Position numbers and translations under genes: made by a program | IMG/VR virus record: IMGVR_UViG_3300014205_000001 | Coordinates: 253,413 to 317,412 of that record | Reading direction: 5' to 3' (one strand) | Length of the DNA: 64,000 nucleotides | Source: a virus | Lineage: Duplodnaviria; Heunggongvirae; Uroviricota; Caudoviricetes | Notes under the pieces: generated by a model | The model's input: the letters and a program-made list of their open reading frames with translations, nothing else | Told to the model about the DNA's origin: nothing | The model's database searches: none | Shown here: piece by piece, positions 49,042 through 57,683 of the stretch | How the letters are laid out: each line of letters begins with the position of its first letter | Position numbering within the stretch: the first letter of the stretch is position 1

Positions 49042-49053
49042 CATATAATTGTA
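49042..49053 (+). promoter_or_regulatory. conserved motif CATATAATTGTA (copy 4)
   Basis: Precedes GC-rich mini-ORF/RNA element and tRNA cluster. Confidence 0.5.
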
Positions 49054-49094
49054 AAACAAAAATAAACTTTTTAATATATAACCATATAACTAAT

Positions 49095-49193
49095 ATGAAA
49101 AATGTAACAGTTAATACAAGTTCGCGGTCGGCATCCTCAAGACGCCGTAGTAAATTTCTATTGCCTGGACTTATAAGTTAAATACATTGACAT
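49095..49193 (+). CDS. possible 32-aa basic peptide or structured RNA leader (GC-rich island)
   Basis: ATG ORF MKNVTVNTSSRSASSRRRSKFLLPGLIS. Contains ttcgcggtcggcatcctcaagacgccg, atypically GC-rich. Confidence 0.2.
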
Positions 49194-49202
49194 TGTTTTT
49201 TT

Positions 49203-49236
49203 AACTCCAGGTAATTTAATTTATCTGGAGTTTTTT
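49203..49236 (+). terminator. hairpin plus T-tract
   Basis: aactccag / ctggagtt stem then TTTTTT. Confidence 0.55.
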
Positions 49237-49250
49237 ATTGTTGTAAAATT

Positions 49251-49330
49251 GGAAGGTAGCGTACAAGGTGTACATCCCGCCTTGAAAGCGGGCGCGGTCT
49301 AACGACAGGGTTCGATTCCTATATCTTCCG
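49251..49330 (+). tRNA. atypical tRNA-like element (anticodon loop CTTGAAA gives UGA/Ser-type; weak T-stem)
   Basis: 7-bp acceptor GGAAGGT/ATCTTCC, D-arm GTAC/GTAC, perfect anticodon arm CCCGC-CTTGAAA-GCGGG, T-loop GTTCGATTC. Only 3 T-stem pairs. Confidence 0.35.
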
Positions 49331-49335
49331 CATTT

Positions 49336-49410
49336 GGTCCTTTAGTTTAATGGACAGAGCATGGGGATTCTACCCCCAGAGTGAGGGTTCGATTCCTTCA
49401 AGGACTACCA
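49336..49410 (+). tRNA. tRNA-Arg (anticodon TCT), CCA encoded
   Basis: Acceptor GGTCCTT/AAGGACT, anticodon arm TGGGG-ATTCTAC-CCCCA, T-arm GAGGG-TTCGATT-CCTTC, ends ACCA. Confidence 0.85.
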
Positions 49411-49507
49411 AATAAATAAGGAAGATCGACTCATCAGGCGATGGGAGTAGTTTGCTAAACTATCTGTGCATGAATTTGCACACGGGTCGGGACCGTGGTT
49501 TTCCTCT

Positions 49508-49582
49508 GCCTCTGTAGCTCAATTGGATTAGAGCACTCGCCTACGAAGCGAGAGGTTGCGCGTTCGAATCGCGTCAGAGGTA
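49508..49582 (+). tRNA. tRNA-Arg (anticodon ACG)
   Basis: Acceptor GCCTCTG/CAGAGGT, D-arm GCTC..GAGC, anticodon arm CTCGC-CTACGAA-GCGAG (identical loop to E. coli Arg-ACG), T-arm GCGCG-TTCGAAT-CGCGT. Confidence 0.85.
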
Positions 49583-49662
49583 CAGGAATATAATATGAGT
49601 TCGAGTCTCAGCAACGGAGATAGCTACCGTTAGAAGCATTTATGGTGATGCAGTTCCACTAT

Positions 49663-49735
49663 GCCTTCATAGTTCAATGGATTAGAATGTCGCGCTTCGG
49701 ACGCGATGATGTGGGTTCGAATCCTACTGAGGGTA
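49663..49735 (+). tRNA. tRNA-Arg (anticodon TCG)
   Basis: Acceptor GCCTTCA/TGAGGGT, anticodon arm TCGCG-CTTCGGA-CGCGA, T-arm GTGGG-TTCGAAT-CCTAC. Confidence 0.8.
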
Positions 49736-49745
49736 CTTTAAATTA

Positions 49746-51232
49746 TTATGAAATTGCAGTAGGGAAATAAGTAACATTAATAATAATTGTTATTGAAGCA
49801 CTATTCCAAGCAGTTACTGCTCCCACATACAATGTAGATGTACCTGTAGAATATCTTGCCGATAACGCACCTTCAACTGCTGAAACATTTGCATTCCCTG
49901 CTACAGCAATTGTTGCTAAATGTTCTGTTCCTCCATTTGTGGAACCTAATTTAATTCCACCTGTAACTACGTTAGCAGTATTATTTCTAATTACTACTGA
50001 ATCGAAATTATGATTTGGCGAAAAAGTAAATGATGTTGCAGCTGTAATACCTTTACATATTAATACTTCTTTTTGTCCTGTTAAAATTCTCATAATACCT
50101 CTTAATAAGGTTACACTTCCAGAATATAAATTATTAATATTAGTATTAACCATTGCTAAAATAGTATTTCCTAAGGTTGTACATGTAAAATTAATAGAAT
50201 TAGGAAAATTACAAGAAATAATAGTATATGATTGCTGAGGTTGTGTTACAGTTGTATCAGTAAAAACAAATTGATTAATAGTCGTATTAGTTAAACGGAA
50301 AGAATTATTATCCTTTGCATCACTTCTATTAATTGTTAAATATTGTAATTCAGATGAAGTTACAGCTACCTGTGGTGAATAAAATGTATATTGTTGTCCT
50401 GAAGTTACAGTACTGATATTACCAGTATCAGCAAAAATTGAACCTGTACCGGCAATACGAAATGCAATTACGCCTGCTGCGGCAATATTTCCACAGTTTC
50501 CTGATACAGAAATAATATTAACAGTATTATATGCATGTGCAATATTTGTACGCGTTGTTAAATTTCCTACAGTATTAACGTTTGTTATACTAATTGTTCC
50601 ACCTGTTTCAGTTTGGAATAATTCTTCATCGTAATTTCCACTTCTACCTCTAGTTACAGTAACTGCACCCACACTACAATTAATTGCATTACCTGTTATT
50701 ACAACTTCACCTGCTAAACTTCCTGTATTGCTAGGGTCATTAATAGAACAATTTATATTTCCAATTGATGCTGATGTAATATTTAAACGTACTGAACCTG
50801 ACATTTGAGTTCCAGTAACAGTTCCTGTATATTGATTATCAATAGTACCTATTGTAACATGTTTCAATGTACAAGTATAACTAATTTGATCAATTAAATA
50901 ACCGTCACCATCATATATGTAATTTGTATAACCTACACTGTAACCATTTCCTATTGAATTAGTACCAATAATGTTTCCTAAAACTGATTCTTGGCTATTT
51001 TTACCTATAATTTGAATGTTATGATTAAAATTAGATGTAAGTATCAAATTACCTGTATTTGCAGCTGTAGTTTCAGCAACATAAATAGTAACAGTTCCCC
51101 CCCATTTAATTGTTGCATTGTATTTGCACGATTATATGCAGCTTGGAAAGTCGAAAAAATGTTTTGACTTGGACCACCGTTTTTAGCAGCTACAAAGGGG
51201 TCTTGAATATAGACAGAATTAGTTGTTATCAT
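49746..51232 (-). pseudogene. tail-fibre-like beta-helix protein interrupted by frameshift at a G7 homopolymer (two ORFs 51232-51044 and 51047-49746)
   Basis: Upstream ORF ends in low-complexity out-of-frame text after GGGGGGG (plus-strand C7 at 51097-51103). Reading with 8 G joins ..TMQQLNGGG-TVTIYVAETTAANTGNL-ILTSNFNHN.. in one ~495-aa Thr/Asn/Gly-rich ORF. Confidence 0.55.
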
Positions 51233-51245
51233 AATGATTTATATA

Positions 51246-51518
51246 TTAATTTACATTTCCTAAATCACGTGATTTAAGAGGTTGTACGACTGATGTATCT
51301 ATTTTTTCGTTCTTAATCGATTTGGGTTCTGCTAAAGGTTGTTCATACAAATTAGGAAATTTTGCAGGTTCAATTGGTGCTTGACGATCTTCTTTATTGA
51401 CATTATCCTTTTCAGGGTCAATTTTATTTTCGTTCTTTACAATATTATCGTAAAGATTTTTTAAAGATGATGAATCACCTTTTTTGTTAAAGTCGGAGTA
51501 TAAGTTATCGATTGACAT
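51246..51518 (-). CDS. hypothetical protein
   Basis: 90-aa ORF. Confidence 0.4.
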   Translation of the reverse strand: MSIDNLYSDFNKKGDSSSLKNLYDNIVKNENKIDPEKDNVNKEDRQAPIEPAKFPNLYEQPLAEPKSIKNEKIDTSVVQPLKSRDLGNVN

Positions 51519-52353
51519 AATGTTTAAAGTTTAATATTTTTAAAGGGGCAATTGCAAGTTGTGATGTAGGTACATTACTAATAATACTTTTACGTAAAGC
51601 AGCATTCAAGATAATAACCATTTTTTTATCTTTCAACCATTCTAAGTCTTTTTTATTTTTAATAACACGACATAAAAAATTGTTGTAATAGATTTTTATA
51701 AAATCATTTGTCCAATGACATTTTAAATTTAATATTTTATTAGGGTCAACAAACCAACCGTGACCTACAGCACCTAAATTATAATGATTATCACCATTAC
51801 TGCCTAAGTGAATATTTGTTTCAATTCTGTTTTTGTATTTACCTTTTTCGTCAGTATACGCTTCTAATACATCAATTTCAGGTGGCCATGAATTAGAACT
51901 TGAAATCCATACGGCGGGCCATAAACCAACACCTAAGGGCAATTTAATATTCCATTCAAAAATACCATGACCATAATCATAATATGAAGTACATAATCCA
52001 ACACCGTGGGGAATTGTGATGGGTTCTTGATTTTCTAATAAAGTTTTACCATCTTTATCCATGTATGTTGTTACAGTTTTTGGATTATCTGTAATTGATA
52101 AATTTAAACCATCACGTAAATATACTCCTTTCGGATCGTACCATTGTTGTAAATCGTTTGGATGATAATCTCCCCATGCTTGGGACTTACGATAAAATTC
52201 ATCTAATTCAATTTCTGTCATGGTTGTAAAATCTTCAAAATTAGTTTCTACAAAAGAATCTGGAATTGAAAAAATGCCTTGTTTTTGACGAAAAACATGG
52301 TATAAAATCCAAATTTTGATGTTAATTAATTTATTAATTACTTTATCCTTCAT
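51505..52353 (-). CDS. glycoside hydrolase family 16 (beta-glucanase/laminarinase-like)
   Basis: GLWPAVWI and catalytic EIDVLE (ExDxxE) in canonical GH16 order and spacing. Confidence 0.7.
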   Translation of the reverse strand: MKDKVINKLINIKIWILYHVFRQKQGIFSIPDSFVETNFEDFTTMTEIELDEFYRKSQAWGDYHPNDLQQWYDPKGVYLRDGLNLSITDNPKTVTTYMDKDGKTLLENQEPITIPHGVGLCTSYYDYGHGIFEWNIKLPLGVGLWPAVWISSSNSWPPEIDVLEAYTDEKGKYKNRIETNIHLGSNGDNHYNLGAVGHGWFVDPNKILNLKCHWTNDFIKIYYNNFLCRVIKNKKDLEWLKDKKMVIILNAALRKSIISNVPTSQLAIAPLKILNFKHYVNR

Positions 52354-52397
52354 AAATTATATATTAAACTTTCGATAGTAGTGCTTATATAATAAGT

Positions 52398-53033
52398 ATG
52401 GCTAAAAAATCAACAATTAAAAAACCAGCACCTTCTAAACAAGAACTGGCGAAATCAGCAGTTAAATCTGCAGCAGCAAAAAGAGCTGCAATCACTAAAA
52501 AACTTAAAAAAGAAAGTGAAGTCATTTTAAATGATGAAAAAATCAAAGATTTATTGGATTCAATTGCTCAAATGACAGTGGATTTAGATTTGGTTACACA
52601 TCAACGCAATTTATTAGAACTTGATATATCAGCTTATATGTTAACTAATAACGATTTACGTAAAGAAGTTGAAAACTTACGTCGTGAAAAATTACATTGG
52701 GAAAGTACATGTAGTGATTTTCAACTTGAACTAGAAACACAAAAAGCTATGTTTCAAAATATTAGTAAAATGGCTGATGATGCGACTAAACAAAATGAAA
52801 ATTTAACTTCGATGTATTCGGATTCAATTACTATCAATTCTAGTTTACGTGAATCATTACAAAATCAACAAAACGAAATTGAAAATAATAAGATCAACTT
52901 TAGCCGATTGCAAAATGCATTTGACCGTGAAAAAAGTATATTAACTGCTATACAAGATAAACAAAATAATGTTTGGTATAAGAGACTTTATAAGTGGTTC
53001 GATAGTGGAAAATCTTTAGGTCCTAGACCTTAA
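52398..53033 (+). CDS. hypothetical coiled-coil protein
   Basis: 211-aa ORF, heptad-rich. Confidence 0.45.
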   Translation: MAKKSTIKKPAPSKQELAKSAVKSAAAKRAAITKKLKKESEVILNDEKIKDLLDSIAQMTVDLDLVTHQRNLLELDISAYMLTNNDLRKEVENLRREKLHWESTCSDFQLELETQKAMFQNISKMADDATKQNENLTSMYSDSITINSSLRESLQNQQNEIENNKINFSRLQNAFDREKSILTAIQDKQNNVWYKRLYKWFDSGKSLGPRP

Positions 53034-53869
53034 GCATCTATTTGAGCTAATACTAAAATATTATTTTGAAACCATTCGGAGCACTTATTTTTTATAAGTG
53101 CTTTGTTTGTGTTATATAGATCGCGAAAATATTGAACTAAACGTTCAGCTGAAGTTTCGATAATGTCAGGACGATATTCTGAAATAACACCAATCATTTG
53201 TAAATCTGTTTCGTTATCAGTAGGATAATCTAAAAAGGTATAAATACTTGTTTTATAATCATGATCAGAATTAGTAACATCAATTTCGTTATTTTCTGCA
53301 ATACTCATTATCGGTTTTTTAATTAAAGTACCTTTTTGTTTTTTAGCAGATTTACGATGATGTTTCATATTACTCTTACTTTGAATTTGTAACCCAAATT
53401 CTTTTTTAGGTACAATACCTAATTTAGTTGAACCATATTTTACAGGTGTTGCTAAATCGCCACTTCCCATACTTCCAATTTGACCAGGTACACCACTCAT
53501 CCCAGGATTAACTACTGCTCCCATCCCACCACCAGCACCCGCATTTGAAGCATCTTCTTTAATTGCTAAGGATTCTGCAAATTGCAGCATATCAGGTTCA
53601 TTTGCTAAGCGATTAATTAAACCACCAATTTGCAGCTTTAGACTGGGTTCATGAACCTTACATCGTACAATGAATTGATCTTTAATACAATCTTGAAAGA
53701 TGTTTATTGGTAATTTAAGGGTACGATACGTGTAATAATTCTTAGAAGGTGCTTCGTTATATTTCAAACGAACCTTGACTGAATCACCTTCTACTGATAA
53801 AACATCAAAATACCACTTATTATTAATAAATAATTGATCATTTGTTTGGATTACATAACTGCTTGTCAT
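53030..53869 (-). CDS. hypothetical protein with Gly-rich linker
   Basis: 279-aa ORF. Confidence 0.45.
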   Translation of the reverse strand: MTSSYVIQTNDQLFINNKWYFDVLSVEGDSVKVRLKYNEAPSKNYYTYRTLKLPINIFQDCIKDQFIVRCKVHEPSLKLQIGGLINRLANEPDMLQFAESLAIKEDASNAGAGGGMGAVVNPGMSGVPGQIGSMGSGDLATPVKYGSTKLGIVPKKEFGLQIQSKSNMKHHRKSAKKQKGTLIKKPIMSIAENNEIDVTNSDHDYKTSIYTFLDYPTDNETDLQMIGVISEYRPDIIETSAERLVQYFRDLYNTNKALIKNKCSEWFQNNILVLAQIDA

Positions 53870-53892
53870 ATTATTATATATTATTCTAAATG

Positions 53893-53904
53893 CATATAAT
53901 TGTT
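53893..53904 (+). promoter_or_regulatory. conserved motif CATATAATTGTT (copy 5) upstream of sigma factor gene
   Basis: Exact 12-mer 17 nt before ATG 53921. Confidence 0.5.
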
Positions 53905-53920
53905 ATGTAACACATACAAA

Positions 53921-54814
53921 ATGGCAGCAAAAGGGTTAATAATAGGTGACGTTATCATAGCTTTGGTGAATGATAAAAAGAATTACGGCAGATATTTAAA
54001 TGAAGTTGCAAAATTTGGTTTATTAACAATTGACGAAGAAGTCGAATATTTTCAAAAATTTCGCGCCGGTGAAACTAAGTATTACAATAAAATTGCAGAA
54101 CGCAATTTACGATTTGTAATATCTGTTGCCAAAAAATTTCAGAATGTTGTAGCGTTTACAACTGCATTAACATTAGAAGACTTAATCAGTGAAGGTAATT
54201 TAGGACTATGTGAAGCAATTCATAGATACGATGAAACTCGTGGGTTTAAATTCATTTCTTTTGCAGTACATTATATTCGTTCATATATCAATACTGCTAT
54301 TTATCGACATTTACGAACCATTAGAATGCCGCAAAATCGTCAAGTTGTATTATATAAGTTGACAAAATTAGAAAACGAATTACAACAAGAATATCACATT
54401 GATGAAATTCCTACTGAATTATTACAACAATACGCAGTTGAAAAAAATATAGAATCAGCTTCCATGATTTCGGATATTAAAAAATTTACTAATTCAGGCA
54501 CTAGTTTAGATGCATCAAATAGTAATGAAATATGTTTGAAAGACATGATTGAGGATGTTTCAATTGAAGGACCTTTTAGCACTTTATTAAATAAAGAAAA
54601 AGCTGATTATCTGAAAAGTATTTTAGATAAAATACCTGAACGCGTTGCTGAATATATTACATTGCACTACGGTTTAAATAATCAACCTGCATTAGAAATA
54701 AAAGAAATTGCGAAAATTCATAACGTAGGCAACGAAGTTGTTCGTTTTCAAATTAGGAGATGGACTGCAAAAATGTATCGTCCAAATGTAGAAGATTATA
54801 AACAATACAACTAA
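53921..54814 (+). CDS. sigma-70 family RNA polymerase sigma factor (regions 1.2, 2, 3, 4)
   Basis: KFGLLTIDEEVEYFQKFRAGE (1.2). RNLRFVISVAKKF (2.1). DLISEGNLGLCEAIHRYDETRGFKFISFAVHYIRSYI (2.2-2.4). EYITLHYGLNNQPALEIKEIAKIHNVGNEVVRFQIRR (region 4 HTH). Confidence 0.85.
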   Translation: MAAKGLIIGDVIIALVNDKKNYGRYLNEVAKFGLLTIDEEVEYFQKFRAGETKYYNKIAERNLRFVISVAKKFQNVVAFTTALTLEDLISEGNLGLCEAIHRYDETRGFKFISFAVHYIRSYINTAIYRHLRTIRMPQNRQVVLYKLTKLENELQQEYHIDEIPTELLQQYAVEKNIESASMISDIKKFTNSGTSLDASNSNEICLKDMIEDVSIEGPFSTLLNKEKADYLKSILDKIPERVAEYITLHYGLNNQPALEIKEIAKIHNVGNEVVRFQIRRWTAKMYRPNVEDYKQYN

Positions 54815-54831
54815 ACAACAATACAACTAAA

Positions 54832-55038
54832 ATGAAAACATACATTTTCGGTAATAAAGAAATTTTCAATAAAATATACGAACAATTCTTTGCAATGCGT
54901 ATCTTTCATCGTACTGATGAACATGGTCAAATTTTAATGAAATTTGCAACCAAAGGAATTGAAAAGGAATTAATGAAAATGAATTTCATCAAGGAACAAT
55001 TAACAGAATTTAAAGAAATTAAAAAAGATGAAAAATAG
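54832..55038 (+). CDS. hypothetical small protein
   Basis: 68-aa ORF directly after sigma gene. Confidence 0.35.
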   Translation: MKTYIFGNKEIFNKIYEQFFAMRIFHRTDEHGQILMKFATKGIEKELMKMNFIKEQLTEFKEIKKDEK

Positions 55039-55453
55039 AATTGTAATTATATTACGTGGAGTACCAGGAAACGGCAAAACGACTTTTGCAAAATTTTTAG
55101 AATTTATTTGTGACATCAGTGATATGACTTTCACTTTGTGTTGTGCAGATGAATGGTTTGAAGATGAAAAAGGTAACTATAACTTCAAAATGGAAGAACT
55201 GGGTAAAGCACACGCCTGGTGTAAAAATCAATTTAAAACATCATTGGATGGTTTAGTTGATGTTATTGTAGTTGCGAATACTAATGTTCGTACTGACGAT
55301 GTAAAAATGTATCGTAATTTAGCGATTGAAGCTGATTATCGTGTTTTTGTATTGACAGTTGAAAATTGGCACGAAGGTATCGATGTACATAACGTACCGA
55401 ACGATGTAAAAGAAAAAATGAAAAAAACTTTGTTATCAACAATTCGTCTGTAA
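55028..55453 (+). CDS. P-loop NTPase / small kinase (AAA_33- or dNMP-kinase-like)
   Basis: N-terminal IVIILRGVPGNGKTTFA Walker A within 15 residues of start. 141 aa. Confidence 0.5.
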   Translation: MKNRIVIILRGVPGNGKTTFAKFLEFICDISDMTFTLCCADEWFEDEKGNYNFKMEELGKAHAWCKNQFKTSLDGLVDVIVVANTNVRTDDVKMYRNLAIEADYRVFVLTVENWHEGIDVHNVPNDVKEKMKKTLLSTIRL

Positions 55454-55740
55454 TGCTTACAACTAAACAAATAATTGCGCATTTACAAGCTGATTTTTCT
55501 GCAAAAGAATTAGAAGCTATTGAGCTTATCATTGAAAAAATTGATGATTTCTTACTGAACAATTGTAATTATAGATATTGTACAATACGTACGGATATTT
55601 TGCATCCTATTTTAAATGAATTTGAAGTTTATTTAAATAGATACCATAAAATAAAAGAATATGTGTGCGGACAATATCAAGCATTAGGTTGGACAATTAA
55701 ATTAGAAGAAAATTATATTTCATTTGAAATCAAACAGTAA
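55453..55740 (+). CDS. hypothetical protein
   Basis: 95-aa ORF. Confidence 0.35.
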   Translation: MLTTKQIIAHLQADFSAKELEAIELIIEKIDDFLLNNCNYRYCTIRTDILHPILNEFEVYLNRYHKIKEYVCGQYQALGWTIKLEENYISFEIKQ

Positions 55741-55915
55741 ATCAGAAAAAGAAGCAAAATTACATATTTTAAAAGGTTCGCAATTAGAACATGATAAAAT
55801 ATGGAAAGATTTTAGTTACATCTATGGACCTGATAGTCCTCGAACAGTAGCTATACAAAACGAAAGAAATAAACTAACTGATGAAATCAATCAATTATTA
55901 AAAGAATTACAATGA
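55724..55915 (+). CDS. hypothetical small protein
   Basis: 63-aa ORF. Confidence 0.3.
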   Translation: MKSNSKSEKEAKLHILKGSQLEHDKIWKDFSYIYGPDSPRTVAIQNERNKLTDEINQLLKELQ

Positions 55916-56163
55916 CAACAGTAGAATTATTACAACAAAGTTTAATAGGTAAAAAATTACGCCACACAAATCAATGGCATCGTGAAGTTGTATTGACAGT
56001 TGAAAGTATTAAATCCAATTCATATACTAGACAAATTACTCCAGATACTCGTGAAAACGATTGGTATGGTGAAACATCAACATCATATTGGTACGATGTT
56101 ACTTTTAATGATGGTTCAGTTGTAAAGTTTGATATAAACGCTAAATGGGATATTGTAGAATAA
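55912..56163 (+). CDS. hypothetical protein
   Basis: 83-aa ORF. Confidence 0.35.
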   Translation: MTTVELLQQSLIGKKLRHTNQWHREVVLTVESIKSNSYTRQITPDTRENDWYGETSTSYWYDVTFNDGSVVKFDINAKWDIVE

Positions 56164-56179
56164 AAATAAAAACACAAAT

Positions 56180-56812
56180 ATGAAACAAATTTTAATTTAT
56201 TGGTTTTGGTACTGGAAGTATCGTTACCATATTTGGAAAGATCGTAACAATTACGCTAAAAAATATCCTAATCATACAAACGTTGCATTTTATGATGCAA
56301 TGCGTTGGGCATTGGATATACATCATAACGTACGTCAAAGATATGACAAAATTTATCCCTATTTCTTTCACTTGAATGAAGTAAGTAAAGTTGCTATTAT
56401 GTTTCGACATTTAGTAAATGGTAATCCTTTGACTTTTTTAATTGCATTGTTTCACGATGTAATTGAAGATGCAAGGTTGACTTATAACGATGTGAAAGAT
56501 GCATGGGGAAAAGAAGTTGCAGATGGTGTATATGCATGTACTGAATTAAGGGGTAGAAACAGAAGTGAACGTCATGGTCCTGAATATTTTAAGGAATTAA
56601 AATTAAATATGTTAGGACGTTTTGTAAAGATATGTGATGTGATTGCTAATATGGAACGTGGATTAAAAACAGGTTCTTCAATGTTAGATAAATATGTGAA
56701 GGAATATCCTCACTTTAAAGAAGAACTTTATTGTGAAGAATATAAAACAATGTTCACGTATATTGAAGAAGTAATCATCAAAAAATATCACGAAAAGAAA
56801 GCTGCAAAATAA
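56180..56812 (+). CDS. HD-domain hydrolase resembling SpoT/Mesh1-type (p)ppGpp hydrolases
   Basis: YFFHLNEVSKVA (H..EV motif) followed by LFHDVIEDARLT, matching the HDVVEDT box of RelA/SpoT HD domains. Confidence 0.5.
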   Translation: MKQILIYWFWYWKYRYHIWKDRNNYAKKYPNHTNVAFYDAMRWALDIHHNVRQRYDKIYPYFFHLNEVSKVAIMFRHLVNGNPLTFLIALFHDVIEDARLTYNDVKDAWGKEVADGVYACTELRGRNRSERHGPEYFKELKLNMLGRFVKICDVIANMERGLKTGSSMLDKYVKEYPHFKEELYCEEYKTMFTYIEEVIIKKYHEKKAAK

Positions 56813-56813
56813 T

Positions 56814-57209
56814 ATGGAAGAAAAATTTATCCCTAAATCATTAGACGAAGCAGTCGAGTATTTAGTAAAACAAAACGACGAAAAAACATTAGCTGAAATC
56901 AAAAGCATGAATGAAAGACAATTCATGTCAGCAGTTCATCACGGTATGGGAACTGCAATTCGCAATGAATGGAATCTATGGTGGCATGGAATTAAAGGCA
57001 TCGAAGGTGTTCCTAAAGAAAAACCTGAACTGATTGCTGAATTTGAAAAGTTAGGTATTCTGCATGGTGACGATATTTCAGGAATAATTTTAACTTCGAC
57101 TTATCGACAAATTAAAGGTTTAGATCGTGATTTACAAAATCAAATTAAAGAATATCACGATCATTGGAAAGAAAACGGTTTTGCGGATGGTATTTTCAGA
57201 ACAAATTAA
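56814..57209 (+). CDS. hypothetical protein
   Basis: 131-aa ORF. Confidence 0.4.
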   Translation: MEEKFIPKSLDEAVEYLVKQNDEKTLAEIKSMNERQFMSAVHHGMGTAIRNEWNLWWHGIKGIEGVPKEKPELIAEFEKLGILHGDDISGIILTSTYRQIKGLDRDLQNQIKEYHDHWKENGFADGIFRTN

Positions 57210-57612
57210 ACAGAACTTTATAACTTATAGTCACGAAATTATTCAAGGGTATGACTTTGGTAATTTTCGTGGCTATTTTCTATCATTGAAACGTTTGGAT
57301 TCTTATGAACTTATCAAAGAATTATACAAACTTAAAGATGAAGATGAAACATACATTATCGCATTATTAGATTTAATTTGTCAATTAAAAGAAATTACAG
57401 ATTTAGATGTTTTATTGATACCTGTTGAAAGTTACTATCGGCAAAATCAAATCACTCGTAAAATGGCACTCAGCTGTTTTAAATACTGGGAAGATAAAGT
57501 TGCTTTATTTTTTCTGTATCAATTACTTCCTGATTCAGCAGAATATGTTGAATCTTATCGAGTTGCAGTATTATACAATTTACAACAAAAACTTGATATA
57601 ACTCATTGGTAA
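57187..57612 (+). CDS. hypothetical protein
   Basis: Start trimmed to internal ATG to limit overlap. Confidence 0.4.
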   Translation: MVFSEQIKQNFITYSHEIIQGYDFGNFRGYFLSLKRLDSYELIKELYKLKDEDETYIIALLDLICQLKEITDLDVLLIPVESYYRQNQITRKMALSCFKYWEDKVALFFLYQLLPDSAEYVESYRVAVLYNLQQKLDITHW

Positions 57613-57683
57613 TCAACTAGTTATAAATAAATTTCTTTTTGCAAATATAATTAGTTATATTTGTTCTACACAAACTTTACTTT

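Noticed and set aside
49583-49662. Calling the 80-nt spacer a fifth tRNA
   Set aside because: It contains a T-arm-like GAGTTCGAGTCTC but no acceptor, D or anticodon arms can be paired. It is reported only as a structured spacer.
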